From: Heterodontus francisci
Lineage: Eukaryota
Length of the DNA stretch: 64,000 bases
Direction: 5' to 3'
NCBI RefSeq assembly: GCF_036365525.1
Contig: NC_090417.1
Span: 1,970,832-2,034,831 of the forward strand
Made by a program: the position numbers and the translations under genes. The notes beneath the pieces were generated by a model that was given only the letters and a program-made list of their open reading frames with translations, was not told the DNA's origin and searched no databases. Numbering within the stretch: position 1 is the first letter of the stretch; the number at the start of each line of letters is the position of its first letter. Positions 1 to 12,032 of the stretch are shown one piece after another.

Positions 1-249
1 TAAAAAGGGAACTTGAATATTTCAATCTGAGTGTTTATGCTTTTCTTCATTATTGGTTAAACTTGTTTTATAAACAATAAACTTATAATTTAGTTGTTTG
101 TGAAAAAAACCTGGTTGGTGTGTTTTAGTCTGGAATGAAATAGAGTCTGTGATTGACCCTATCGCTAAGTGGGAAAATGTAAACAGATTTGACCTGTGGA
201 GAAGTGGGACTAGAATGAACAGCGCACTCCTCCCACCTTGCTCGTAACA
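1..249 (+). mobile_element. 3' part of a putative LTR (solo LTR fragment cut by the window edge)
   Basis: AT-rich segment with AATAAA ending in ...CTCGTAACA (canonical CA terminus); the 5' TG end is outside the window. Confidence 0.35.
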
Positions 250-444
250 ATATGAAGGACGACCACTCGGACAGCCAGCACCAGAACTGGCAGCCCAACA
301 GGAGTCGGAGTCTTCAGGATAGGAGGGGAAAGAAATGGAAGTGGGTTGCTGGGGTATAGAAGCAGTTGTCCCAATGTGTCTATCCTGAAGACTGCCTGTT
401 ACATGCAAATATTCTTTGTTTGTTTGTTTGTGGCGGAAACTCAC

Positions 445-606
445 CGTCAGCCTTCTCTTCAGGTAGCGAATCACAACAAAGGTGTCATGGTTGAGATTGC
501 GCACGAGGGCAGTGCATCCTCCAATGGCTGTGGGCCGCCCGTCCCTCGAGTGATCATAAGACAGGCTCCCGTTGTTCACCATCGCTGAAATGTACGGGAA
601 AATCCG
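445..606 (-). CDS. LMAN2L: LMAN2L (VIPL L-type lectin) coding exon 5
   Basis: tag|CGG...ACG|gtgagt; RIFPYISAMVNNGSLSYDHSRDGRPTAIGGCTALVRNLNHDTFVVIRYLKRRLT; 162 nt, phase 0/0. Confidence 0.93.
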
Positions 607-1773
607 CTACGAAGCAAAAATGAGTACATGAACAGAGTAGTCAGCGAGCTCACCCTTCAAACTCCAGCCCAAGCAACGGCAAATCCGAGACCCGAGATTA
701 CCAGTCTTACAGCAAGGATATTTATCTGATTCGATGCTTGAGCCCCTTATTACATTTTATTTCAATCTCATTCCTTTCTCCCAGACCCTACCTCAATAGC
801 GTTTTCTGCCTTCAAAGAATCCTCACCCATCGGGGGAAACTAGCTTAGTTCCAAACTTAGTAAGATCAGCTGCTCAGGCAACTCAGCCACAACCAACAAT
901 TTGAGCCCAAGGCTCTGGCAGAGTTCATCAAGGAGATGCTTTCTCCAGTAACTCATTGGGCAAATGCTCTGAGTGGTACTGAACCTAGTCAGACTGAGTC
1001 GGGAGGCAAGGACAAGAATAGGCCATGTAGCACTCCAATGCTTGTTCCTCAAGCATTCAAACTCTTCCCCTGTGGAGACCCAACATCTGCCTCTTCAGCA
1101 AATAAAGCCTTCGTAAAATCCAAACTGACCCCTTGAACAGAAGCTCGGACTCCATAATGGATGACACGAGGATGTTGCATAACTAAACGAATGCACAAAG
1201 TCTAAAAACTTCCAACAAAATTTGGGCTCCTCGCATGAAAATGAAGGGGGAAAATTATCGATGCTAAATCTGACAGGATAACAAACACGGACAGGAAAGG
1301 AAGAAAGCAGCACATGCCATGAAGTGTGGAGAGTGGAACACAAGACTACCTGATTGGAAGGTGCATATCTCCTCTTCTTAGTCTGTATATCCACAGTAGC
1401 AACGAGATAAAACAGGTACTTCAATAACTCATCATCACTTTCCATCAACCAAGTGGTATGCACGTCCCACAAAAAGGCAATCCACCTCTGAGGCTGACTG
1501 TGCATTTACAAGCAGTGAACAAACACAGGGACTCAATTTCTGCAGTGTCCTTATATTACCCCAGCACTCCATTTCCTAGTAAGGCTTCAGTGTGACAGAT
1601 CCCAGTGATACATTTAATCATTAAATGACTTGTATGTGGAGACATTATATGCATGTAATTCCAATGGGTTCATTTCCAATTTTAGGACAATCTCTTGAAG
1701 ATGTGAACTTCAATTGGGGTACAGATACTTTGGCACAGCAGAAATGGATCAGGATTGATCAAACCACAAACTT

Positions 1774-3906
1774 CTTGAGCGCCGTGTCCAGTTCCGGTCA
1801 GACCCAGCTTGAGCACAGTGTCTAGTTCCGGTCAGACCCACCTTGAGCACCGAGTGCAGTTCCGGTCAGACCCAGCTTGAGCACAGTGTCCAGTTCTGCT
1901 CAGACCCAGCTTGAGCACAGTGTCCAGTTCCGGTCAGACCCACCTTGAGCACAGTGTCCAGTTCCGGTCAGACCCAGCTTGAGCACAGTGTCTAGTTCCG
2001 GTCAGACCCACCTTGAGCACAGTGTCCAGTTCCGGTCAGACCCACCTTGAGCACAGTGTCTAGTTCCGGTCAGACCCACCTTGAGCACCGAGTGCAGTTC
2101 CGGTCAGACCCAGCTTGAGCACAGTGTCCAGTTCTGCTCAGACCCACCTTGAGCACAGTGTCCAGTTCCGGTCAGACCCAGCTTGAGCACAGTGTCCAGT
2201 TCCGGTCAGACCCAGCTTGAGCACAGTGTCCAGTTCCGGTCAGACCCACCTTGAGCACAGTGTCCAGTTCCGGTCAGACCCAGCTTGAGCACAGTGTCCA
2301 GTTCCGGTCAGACCCACCTTGAGCACAGTGTCTAGTTCTGGTCAGACCCACCTTGAGCACAGTGTCTAGTTCCGGTCAGACCCACCTTGAGCACAGTGTC
2401 TAGTTCCGGTCAGACCCACCTTGAGCACCGTGTGCAGTTCCGGTCAGACCCAGCTTGAGCACAGTGTCCAGTTCCGGTCAGACCCAGCTTGAGCACAGTG
2501 TCCAGCTCCGGTCAGACCCAGCCTGAGCACAGTGTCCAGTTCTGGTCAGACCCACCTTGAGCACAGTGTCCAGTTCTGGTCAGACCCAGCTTGAGCACAG
2601 TGTCCAGTTCCGGTCAGACCCAGCTTGAGCACAGTGTCCAGTTCCGGTCAGACCCAGCTTGAGCACAGTGTCTAGTTCCAGTCAGACCCACCTTGAGCAC
2701 AGTGTCCAGTTCCGGTCAGACCCAGCTTGAGCACAGTGTCCAGTTCTGGTCAGACCCAGCTTGAGCACAGTGTCCAGTTCCGGTCAGACCCAGCTTGAGC
2801 ACAGTGTCCAGTTCCGGTCAGACCCAGCTTGACCACAGTGTCTAGTTCCGGTCAGACCCAGCTTGAGCACAGTGTCCAGTTCCGGTCAGACCCAGCTTGA
2901 GCACAGTGTCCAGTTCCGGTCAGACCCAGCTTGAGCACAGTGTCTCGTTCCGGTCAGACCCAGCTTGAGCACAATGTCCAGTTCCGGTCAGACCCACCTT
3001 GAGCACAGTGTCTCGTTCCGGTCAGACCCACCTTGAGCACAGTGTCCAGTTCCGGTCAGACCCAGCTTGAGCACAGTGTCCAGTTCCGGTCAGACCCAGC
3101 TTGAGCACAGTGTCTAGTTCCGGTCAGACCCAGCTTGAGCACAGTGTCTAGTTCCGGTCAGACCCACCTTGAGCACCGTGTGCAGTTCCGGTCAGACCCA
3201 GCTTGAGCACAGTGTCCAGTTCCGGTCAGACCCACCTTGAGCACAGTGTCTAGTTCCGGTCAGACCCAGCTTGAGCACAGTGTCCAGTTCCGGTCAGACC
3301 CACCTTGAGCACAGTGTCCAGTTCCGGTCAGACCCAGCTTGAGCACAGTGTCTAGTTCCGGTCAGACCCAGCTTGAGCACAGTGTCCAGTTCCGGTCAGA
3401 CCCACCTTGAGCACAATGTCTAGTTCCGGTCAGACCCAGCTTGAGCACAGTGTCTAGTTCCGGTCAGACCCACCTTGAGCACCGTGTGCAGTTCCGGTCA
3501 GACCCAGCTTGAGCACAGTGTCCAGTTCCGGTCAGACCCACCTTGAGCACAGTGTCTAGTTCCGGTCAGACCCACCTTGAGCACAGTGTCTCGTTCCGGT
3601 CAGACCCACCTTGAGCACAGTGTCCAGTTCCGGTCAGACCCAGCTTGAGCACAGTGTCTAGTTCCGGTCAGACCCAGCTTGAGCACAGTGTCCAGTTCCG
3701 GTCAGACCCACCTTGAGCACAGTGTCTAGTTCCAGTCAGACCCACCTTGAGCACAGTGTCTAGTTCCGGTCAGACCCACCTTGAGCACAGTGTCTAGTTC
3801 CGGTCAGACCCACCTTGAGCAGCGCCCCATTCCGGTCAGACCCACCTTGAGCACCGTGTGCAGTTCTGGTCAGACCCACCTTGAGCACCTTGACCAGTTC
3901 TGGTCA
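1774..3906. repeat. 34-bp minisatellite, ~62 copies, in LMAN2L intron 4
   Basis: Unit CTTGAGCACAGTGTC(C/T)AGTTCCGGTCAGACCCA(G/C) repeated head-to-tail with no spacers (unit starts 1774, 1808, 1842). Confidence 0.98.
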
Positions 3907-5257
3907 CCGAGACACAAGGGAGACTGGAGGCAGAGCAGAGAAGAGCCACAAGGCTGATTCCAAGTGTTGGCAGTCTCAGATATGGAGGCATCTGAAAGGT
4001 GACTTTATAGAGGTTTGCGTTTGGGAAAGGTAAATCCAGAAAATTTCTTCAAAGAATGGTGAGATGCCCTGTGTGATTGACCAACTGGGCTTACAAACAA
4101 AGGATGGACACTTGGGTTTTGTAAGGCCTGCGGGGTGTGTCATCGATGAAACCGCCCCTTCACCAGACTTATCTCCACTACATGAGAAATACACTGCATA
4201 CCAGACACATTAACCACAGTACAACCTCATTAATCTTGTAATGCCGATTCATTGCATCACACCGCCAACACCGGGTATGAAGGGGATCTGTCCATCAGAT
4301 TTTCTAGCAATTGGCAAGTCATATGGTTATAAATAGAAAAAACTAACAAGTTTTTCCTTGTAAAGCAGAGATCCAACTACCTTGATTATCACTAAGACAT
4401 CTCTCAAGAATGATAACTGCATGGGGGCGGGGGTTAACCCTTTCCATAAAGGAGACTTTCTTTCCTATATATCTCATTTCTCTCCATTTTTATCCTCACA
4501 ACTTGGCTTCTCTCCTCTCTTGTTTCTCTCAAGTGTTCATGATGCTCCCCCACCATATTTGAAACTAACTCATCTCTTCACATCCAATCCTTCGCAAGTT
4601 TGCAAAGCTGTCGAACTCCTTACCTCCTCTTTCCGACAACCTAGCGTCAGCTCGGATCCATTGTTTGCTCGTCCACTTTTGGATTCAAAGATTGTGAGTT
4701 TGAGACCACTGCAGGACTTGGGCACAGAATCTACACCCGACAGTTCAGTTAGGACTGAGGGAGTGCTGCATTGTTGGAGGCACCATCCATCTAAGTGGAA
4801 GTTAACAATTCTACTTGAAGAAAAGTAGTGCCCATGGTCCTCTCTGTGAAAACTGTCTGCTGTATTTGCCACATACAGTTGTTAGCAAGTTATTAAATGG
4901 TGAAGCCCTTTGTGACATTTCTAAGAGATGGGATGAGGCGTGAAATAAATGCAAGTGTTTCCCTTTAGGCTTTTAAAAGCCCAACCTTTTTCTACCTCAG
5001 TGGGCCCTGCTCAGGTTGCTCTGTCGGTCCGTGGTTCTTCTGACTTCTGCATGAAGTTCAACAAACTCATAAAAACTTTACTTAATGCAAAGAGCAGAGG
5101 TTATTCTCGTGACTGCATTAACACAGCGGAGAAGGAAATGATTATTCGTATGTGCACGAGCGAGTGTATGTATGTGCAAGTGAGTGAGTGAGTGTGTGTG
5201 TGGGCTGTGGATTCCCCAATCCACAACATAACCCACACCAACCAAAAGGAACAAATT

Positions 5258-5919
5258 AAGAACTAGGAGCAGGAGTCGGCAATTCAGCCCCTCGAGCCTG
5301 CTCTGCCATTCAATACGATCATGGCTGATCTCATCTTGGCCTCAACTCCACTTTCCTGCCCGTTCTCCATAACCCTTCAACCTTTTACTAATTAAAAACC
5401 TGTCTATCTCCTCCTTAAATGTACTCAATGTCCCAGCATCCACCGCACTCTGGGGTAGTGAATCCCACAGACTCACGACCCTTTGAGAGAAGTAATTTCT
5501 CCTCATCTCTGTTTTAAATCTGCTACCCCTTATCCTAAAACTATGACCTCTCATTCTCGATTGCCCCACCAGAGGAAACATCCTCTCTACGTCTACTTTG
5601 TCAATCCCCTTAATCATCTTATAAACACAATTAGATCTCCTCTCATTCTTCTAAACTCTGGAGAGTAAAGGCCTAAACTGCTCAATCTCTCTTCATAAGA
5701 CAAACCCTTCATCTCTGGAATCAATCCAGTGAACCTCCTCTGAACTGCTTCCAATGCAACTACATCCCTCCTCAAGTAAGGGGACCAAAACTGTACACAA
5801 TACTCATGTGCGGTCTCACTAATGCTTTGCACAGTTGCAGCAACACTTCCCTACTTTTATACTCTATTCCTTTAGCAATAAATGCCAAAATTCCATTTGC
5901 CTTCCTTATTACCTGCTGC
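5258..5919 (-). mobile_element. CR1 LINE 3' fragment
   Basis: Minus-strand ORFs with EYCVQFWSPYLRRDVVALEAVQRRFT and FKTEMRRNYFSQRVVSLWDSLP, followed by a CR1-type tail. Confidence 0.9.
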
Positions 5920-6153
5920 CACAATTGGCTCTTAAAGAGTTAATTAAATAAATCGGTATGCTGGGATTTTACTTATTTCACTGCACTGTAATTTGTGCTT
6001 CAATCGGTGCCATGAATGAGAGGGAGTTTAAAGGTGTCAAATAATAGAGCTGATACATTTTGGGACAGAAGAGATCGGGCGGTATTTTGGGAAGTCACCG
6101 ATCCCGCGGAACACAGCAAGTTTTCTGAATGTGGACAGCGACCCCGAGCTCAC

Positions 6154-6236
6154 CTCGTGCTGTTTCTCCTCATTTGGATAGGTATCCATGAATACTCCCA
6201 GTCCGGAAAACAGATCCTTACTTCCAAACACTGCTC
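6154..6236 (-). CDS. LMAN2L: LMAN2L coding exon 4
   Basis: cag|GA...GAG|gtgagc; (G)AVFGSKDLFSGLGVFMDTYPNEEKQHE; 83 nt, phase 1/0. Confidence 0.93.
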
Positions 6237-6482
6237 CTGAAGAGGTAAACGTCCACAAAATAGTTAGACCAGATCTGCTATCTGCCATCATACCCTCCCC
6301 AGTAGTAGGCTGTGCTTTTTGTCCCATGTAGTTATTTACCCTAGAGCTGATGGCACCTATCAATGCTGGAGGACTGCTTGTGCAAATGGCAACTCGGTAT
6401 TGGTAACTTGTCCCAGTGGACAGTCCTCGATATGTATTGGCATAAAACTTGCTTGAAACCGATTACAATCCTATTTTTTTCC

Positions 6483-6590
6483 AGTTCTGATGAAAGGTCA
6501 TCAATCTGAAACGTTAACTTTGATTCCCACCCCACAGATGATGCCAGACCTGCTGAGTATTACCAGCATTTTCTGTTTTTATTTCAAATT
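6483..6590 (+). mobile_element. Penelope-like pLTR fragment with a minimal hammerhead-like motif
   Basis: agtt-CTGATGA-a-aggt(catca)atct-GAAACGTT-aact followed by CACAGATG..GCCAGACCTGCTGAGT..CCAGCATTT; homologous to the reverse complement of 53370-53503. Confidence 0.65.
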
Positions 6591-6730
6591 TCGGGGGGGG
6601 CAGGGGGTGTTGTAATGCTATCAATTTCCTCCTGTCATTAGGTCCCAGCTAGCAAACACTGAGTAAGAATTTGCATTCCAGTTAATATTAGTTGTCCCCC
6701 TTTTCTTTAACTGGTTTCAGACCACAGTAC

Positions 6731-6848
6731 CTGGTTGCATACGTTCTTTGGCATACCACAACGCAAACCCGTCACCATTCAGATTTTTCTTCCCTTGTCC
6801 ATGGATTTTGAAGTGCACCTGCACTTCCCAGTCTCGCATTAAACAGGA
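6731..6848 (-). CDS. LMAN2L: LMAN2L coding exon 3
   Basis: cag|TCC...CCAG|gtactg; SCLMRDWEVQVHFKIHGQGKKNLNGDGFALWYAKERMQP; 118 nt, phase 0/1. KIHGQG and RMQP are LMAN2L-type rather than LMAN2-type. Confidence 0.94.
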
Positions 6849-6984
6849 CTGCAGACAAACAGAGACAATTTCTGGAGTTACGAAACAGTGAAACACCAGC
6901 ATAAGTAAGTCAACAAACAGTGTGCGTGGAAAGTGCAGTGACCCTGCACAGACATCATTTCCTAAGGTTCATCCCTTGGTCTGT

Positions 6985-8280
6985 GCCTGGGAGTGTTTGA
7001 TGGGGACAGTGTGGAGGGATCTTTACTCTGTATCTAACCCCGTGCTGTACCTGTCCTGGGAGTGTTTGATGGGATAGTGTAGAGGGACGTTTACTCTGTA
7101 TCTAAGCCCGTTCTGTACCTGTCCTGGGAGTGTTTGATGGGATAGTGTAGAGGGACGTTTACTCTGTATCTAAGCCCGTTCTGTACCTGTCCTGGGAGCG
7201 TTTGATGGGATAGTGTAGAGGGACGTTTACTCTGTATCTAAGCCCGTTCTGTACCTGTCCTGGGAGTGTTTGATGGGACAGTGTGGAGGGATCTTTACTC
7301 TGTATCTAACCCCGTGCTGTACCTGTCCTGGGAGTGTTTGATGGGATAGTGTAGAGGGACGTTTACTCTGTATCTAAGCCCGTTCTGTACCTGTCCTGGG
7401 AGTGTTTGATGGGGACAGTGTAGAGGGATCTTTACTCTGTATCTAACCTATGCTGTACCTGTCCTGGGAGCGTTTGATGGGATAGTGTAGAGGGACGTTT
7501 ACTCTGTATCTAAGTCCATTCTGTACCTGTCCTGGGAGTGTTTGATGGGGACAGTGTGGAGGGATCTTTACTCTGTATCTAACCTATGCTGTACCTGTCC
7601 TGGGAGCGTTTGATGGGATAGTGCAGAGGGACGTTTAACTCTGTATCTAACCCCTTTTTTTTTTTAAACCCTGTTTTTTTTTGTGTTTGATGGGATCAGT
7701 GCAGAGGAAGCTTTACTCTGTATCTAGTCCCTTTTTTTAAAGGAAGCCTTTATAGCCCAGGCCCCTTTTATATATAATATATATTGTTGAGGGGGCCTTT
7801 ATTCCCCAGGTCCCCTTTATACACATTTTATAAATAAATAACTTTATTAAAATCAAATAAATAAAACAAAAACTCAAATTAAAATAGCATTTGTGGCATC
7901 AATGATGCACTCCAGCCCCTCGGGTGCCCATGGGTGCGGAAGGTGTATCTAACCAGTGCTGTAGCTGCCCTGGGAGTGTTTGATGGGACAGTGTAGAGGA
8001 AGCTTTACTCTGTATCTAACCCCGTGCTGTCTCTGCCCTGGGAGTGTTTGATGGGGACAGTGTAGAGGGAGCTTTACTCTGTATCTAACCCCGTGCTGTA
8101 CCTGTCCTGGGAGTGTTTGATGGGACAGTGTAGAGGGAGCTTTACTCTGTATCTAAGCCCATTCTGTACCTGTCCTGGGAGTGTTTGATGGGGACAGTGT
8201 AGAGGGAGCTTTACTCTGTATCTAAGCCCATTCTGTACCTGTCCTGGGAGTGTTTGATGGGGACAGTGCAGAGGGTGCTG
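6985..8280. repeat. 68-69-bp tandem satellite array, interrupted at 7655-7943
   Basis: Unit CCTGGGAGTGTTTGATGGG(G)ACAGTGTAGAGGGAGCTTTACTCTGTATCTAACCCCGTGCTGTACCTGT; GAGTGTTTGA recurs at 6991, 7060, 7128. Confidence 0.97.
7655..7943 (-). mobile_element. 5'-truncated non-LTR retrotransposon (Tx1/L1-like) 3' end inserted in the satellite
   Basis: The minus strand encodes an ORF end WAPEGLECIIDATNAILI* (7930-7874), then an AT-rich UTR with AATAAA and poly(A) tracts. TGTATCTAACC flanks both sides (7642-7652 and 7944-7954). Confidence 0.65.
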
Positions 8281-8398
8281 CACTCTAAATCTAATCCATG
8301 ATGTATCCACTCTGGGAATGTTTGATACCAACACTGGTGCTAACGCGATCAGCAAAGCAAGATCAAAAAATTCATCAAAATGCTAAATCAACCCTTAC

Positions 8399-8520
8399 TA
8401 CACGGTTCCAAATCGCTCCCTGTTTGCTCTGGAGATCGGGAGTGAGGCGTACAAAATGAGAGGTCACCATTGTGTTTCCAGAAAGATCCCAGTGAGAACC
8501 AGAACTTGAAGCTCCCAAAC
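8399..8520 (-). CDS. LMAN2L: LMAN2L coding exon 2
   Basis: cag|GT...GTA|gtaagg; (G)LGASSSGSHWDLSGNTMVTSHFVRLTPDLQSKQGAIWNRV; 122 nt, phase 1/0. Not shown in this frame in the ORF track. Confidence 0.93.
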
Positions 8521-9348
8521 CTGCAATAGATAAAGAAACAAAATGCAGTTATCAGTGAAGGAAGCTGAACACACAAGAGCTCTTTTCAAGTAGCTCATTC
8601 AGCTCAAGGCTTGAGCAGACAAGGTATACCAAGGATTGGGGTAATTATTCCAAACCTGGAGTTTAAGGAAAGCCAGGAATAGATAAGACGGTGTAACGAG
8701 TCTTGATTAGAACAGGGAGAGGATGTAGAGAGACATTTCACTTTGGGAAAGTACAGAAGTTTAGAGTAGCATTGACCATAGTTGGGACATGGCAAGAGCG
8801 AGATGCCAGACAAAAAGTTCAGCGAGATTTTTCTCATATGCAAAGAACCAGGGCAGTCAGTCCAACTAGGACCACCTCTTGGCGTTATCCTCTACACAGG
8901 TATTGTCATTGTAATATTAACCTTGCAGCTTACACTAAGCTTCAACCACACTCTGGGTAAAGAAGCATCTTCTGAAGTCCTTATTTGATTTCTTGGCAGC
9001 TATCTGATATTGATTTTCCACCCTCTACCTGCCCTTATCAAAACCTTTCATAATCTTAAAGATCTCTATTGAGTCACCCCTCACTGTTCATCCTTTCTTG
9101 AAAGGAGCATAACCTTACAATTCGGGTATCATGATGTAAATCTTTTGCACCCTCTCCAATGCCTCTGTATCCCTTTTTTTAGAATACAGCGACCAGAATC
9201 ATGCACAGTACTCCAAATGTGGTCAAACCAAGCTCTGGGGGCCGTCTGTCAATTCGCCCCAAGAGCCCAGGGCTTTGCTCGCAACCGACTGGGCAATGTC
9301 CATTCAGTGCAGCTTACTCAAGTGCTTGCAACGAAAGGCAGCTCTTAC

Positions 9349-9481
9349 CCTGGTAGGGTGTCACCAAGCTATGCTCCCGTTTCAGATACTCCTCTGTCCC
9401 CGAGCCAGCCTGGCCCTGACTGTGGGGAATCTGACTGAGCAAAGCCAGCAGCACAACACACAACCACCACACAAACGCCAT
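9349..9481 (-). CDS. LMAN2L: LMAN2L coding exon 1 (signal peptide)
   Basis: aacATGg at 9481; MAFVWWLCVVLLALLSQIPHSQGQAGSGTEEYLKREHSLVTPYQ; donor G|gtaaga; 133 nt. Confidence 0.92.
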
Positions 9482-9760
9482 GTTGCGACAACTGGAACAA
9501 GCAGGGTACAGCGCGTCACAAGGAAATCCCTCTCCCTGACACCACTCATTGGCTGCCGGCTGGACAGGCAGCCGTTCGGCTCTTTGTGATTGGCTCGCTG
9601 CGCCGTCAATCACGCCGCCGAGCCCCGCCCCCACCGTCGCGTTCCATTTGGAACGTTGCTCCTGGCGTCGGGGCAGGCGATTGGCTGTGAAGGACGTCGC
9701 TCAAATGATACATGTCTGCCGCGTGCTGGTTTGGCGCGGGAGATTCCTGCTGGTGAGGGG
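9482..9760 (-). promoter_or_regulatory. LMAN2L: LMAN2L CpG-rich promoter / 5' UTR
   Basis: CpG-dense; three ATTGG (CCAAT) boxes at ~9548, 9589 and 9680; GC box CCCCGCCCC at ~9623; CCGTCAATCA at 9603-9612. Confidence 0.7.
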
Positions 9761-9854
9761 CAGAGCTGGGACCGTGGGCAAGCTGAATATCAAGCAGGAA
9801 ACTGTCCATCAGAATTTTTTTGCTCTCCTCCCACTTAAATTGGAGTGCTTTCAG

Positions 9855-10481
9855 GGGGTATATGTGCACAAATCATTGAAGGTGGGAGGGCAGGTTGAGA
9901 GGGGGTTAATAAAGTGTAAGGAATCCTAGGCTTCATAAATGGGGCATCGATTATAAGAACAAGGAAGTTGTGATAAACCTGTACTAAATACTTCAGCCTC
10001 AACTGGAGTATTGTGTCCAGTTCTGGGCACCATGTTTACGGGAAGATGTTGAGGCATTAGAGAAGGTGCAGAAAAGATTCACGAGAACGGTTGCAGAGAT
10101 GAGGGGCTTCAGTTATGCGGAAAGATTGGAGAAGCTGGGGCTGTTTATAGAGGTGTTCAAAATCATGAGGGGTCTGGAGAGTGTCGATAGGGAGAAACTG
10201 TTCCCCTTGGTGGAAGGATCAAGAACCAGAGGACACCGATCTAAGATGATTGACAAAGACGAAAAACGTTTTTACATAGTGAGTGGATAGGATCTGGAAT
10301 GCTCTGCCTAAGAGTGTGGTGGTGGAGGCAGATTCAATCGAGGGCTTCAAAAGGGAATTGGATACAGGTGAAAGGCAGGGGAGTGGGACTAGCTGAGATG
10401 GCCTTGCGAAGAGCTGGCATGGACACAATGGGCCAAATGGCCTCCTTCTGTGCTGTAACCATTCTATGGTCTTATGATTCT
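9855..10481 (+). mobile_element. CR1 LINE 3' fragment
   Basis: CTGGAGTATTGTGTCCAGTTCTGG; ORF QKRFTRTVAEMRGFSYAERLEKLGLF; tail ATTCTATG..ATGATTCTAT. Confidence 0.85.
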
Positions 10482-10944
10482 ATAAGTGAAAATGTCGAGT
10501 GTTATGAATGACCTCGAATGTTCTGGCTCTGTCCCCTGCTGCAGATTATGGATGGCGCACATTGCTGTTGGAAAGTTGCTTTTCGTCGTAAACTGTTGTT
10601 ATTTTGTTGTTGAATTTATCATGAAAACTTCCCTCGACAAGCAAACTTTTTTTTGAAAAGAAAAGCAAGTTGAAAATTGAGGACTATGAGGAAAGAACAG
10701 GGGAGTGGGACTGATTGTGCTGGCTCCTTGAAAGAGCTATGCAGACATGATGGGCCCAATGGTCTTCTGTGCTTTATCATTCCATGACTATAGATTCCTC
10801 AGACCACTTCACATATACCAAGGAGTGAGTTACAGCTGGAATCTAATAGGACAGTTGTAATCTTCAATGTCTAGAGAGTAATGGTTACCTGGAAATGTCA
10901 TACAAGCTGGAATCCAATCAGATGCCTTCATTGCCTTGTCTGTC

Positions 10945-11345
10945 TTTTTTTAATTCATCGAGTATGGGCGTCACTGGCAGAGCCAGTATTTATTGCCCAT
11001 CCCTAATTGTCCTTGACAACGGAGTGACTTGCTCGGCCTTTACGGAGGGCAGTTAAGAGTCAACCACATTGCTGTGGGTCTGGAATCACATGTAGGCCAG
11101 ACCAGGTAAGGATGGCAGATTTCCTTCCCTAAAGAGCATTGGTGAATCAGATGGGTTTTTATGATGTTCGATTATAGTTTCAAGGCACCATTATGAAGTC
11201 TAACTTTTAATTCCAGATTGTTTTAATTAATTAATTGAATTTATTGATTAAACTTAAATTCCACCAGCTGCCATGCAGGGATTTGAACCCATGCCCCCAG
11301 CGCATTATCCTGGACTTCTAGTTCAATGACTACGCCACCATCTCC
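10945..11345 (-). mobile_element. tRNA-derived SINE (same family as 36615-37078)
   Basis: Reverse complement has a B-box GGTTCAAATCC and the shared core (ACCTGGTCTGGCCTACATGTGA) and tail (GGGATGGGCAATAAAT). Confidence 0.75.
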
Positions 11346-11705
11346 CCATCAGTTACCAGGCTGGAACCATAACCATTACAACTACTGTACCCAGAGTTTT
11401 GAACATTATTAGGCTACATTTCCCTCCCAGTGCTAATTTTAGCACAGAAGCAACAGTGATGTTTGTGGTTAACAAAGACCACTGTTATTATTAGGACCTT
11501 GGAATTTAAATGAAAGCAACTTGAAACATCTTTAGCTAAAATAAATAGGCTTCTGCAGCTCCAATCCTTCGCTGATTTGTCTTCCTCCTCCAGTTTTCTC
11601 CCCTTCGTCACCTGAAAACGCCAGCTCATGCTGGGCACAATTCAATGGGTCCCAACGCCCTCCGATACATCATCCATCATACATTGTCCATGCATCGGCT
11701 CAGAA

Positions 11706-12032
11706 GAGGGATCAGCAACCTTCATGACTACAAGAGCCAATTTTTAAAAATTTAGTCAAAAACGCAATATCTTAAGAGCTGCAATGTTGTTACTCAAATG
11801 CCATTAATAATGAAGAACAAGACAGATATACATTTCAACAACATTTTAGAGGTTTTTACAAAAAGTTGTGAATTGAGTGATACTTTCTCACAAGTACAAT
11901 GTTAATAAATGTTTAACAAAAGAAACAAGCCATTTAATTACCATCAAAATGGGGTCAATCGATCAAGGTCAGGAGCTGCTCATGAGTCCTGACTGCTGCA
12001 TGTGGCTCTGGAGGTGCAGTTTGCAGACCCTG
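11706..12032. mobile_element. Degenerate non-autonomous hAT (Charlie-like) DNA transposon
   Basis: Left end GAGGGATCAGCAACC...AAGAGCC; right end GCATGTGGCTCT..GCAGTTTGCAGACCCTG; imperfect CAGGG-type TIRs. Confidence 0.45.

Noticed and set aside
22-444. C-terminal part of the 186-aa ORF
   Set aside because: Intron read-through after the GTGAGT donor at 444; lectin similarity stops there.
1774-3906. 34-bp repeat as a CRISPR array
   Set aside because: Units are contiguous with no unique spacers, there are no cas genes, and the array lies in a vertebrate intron.
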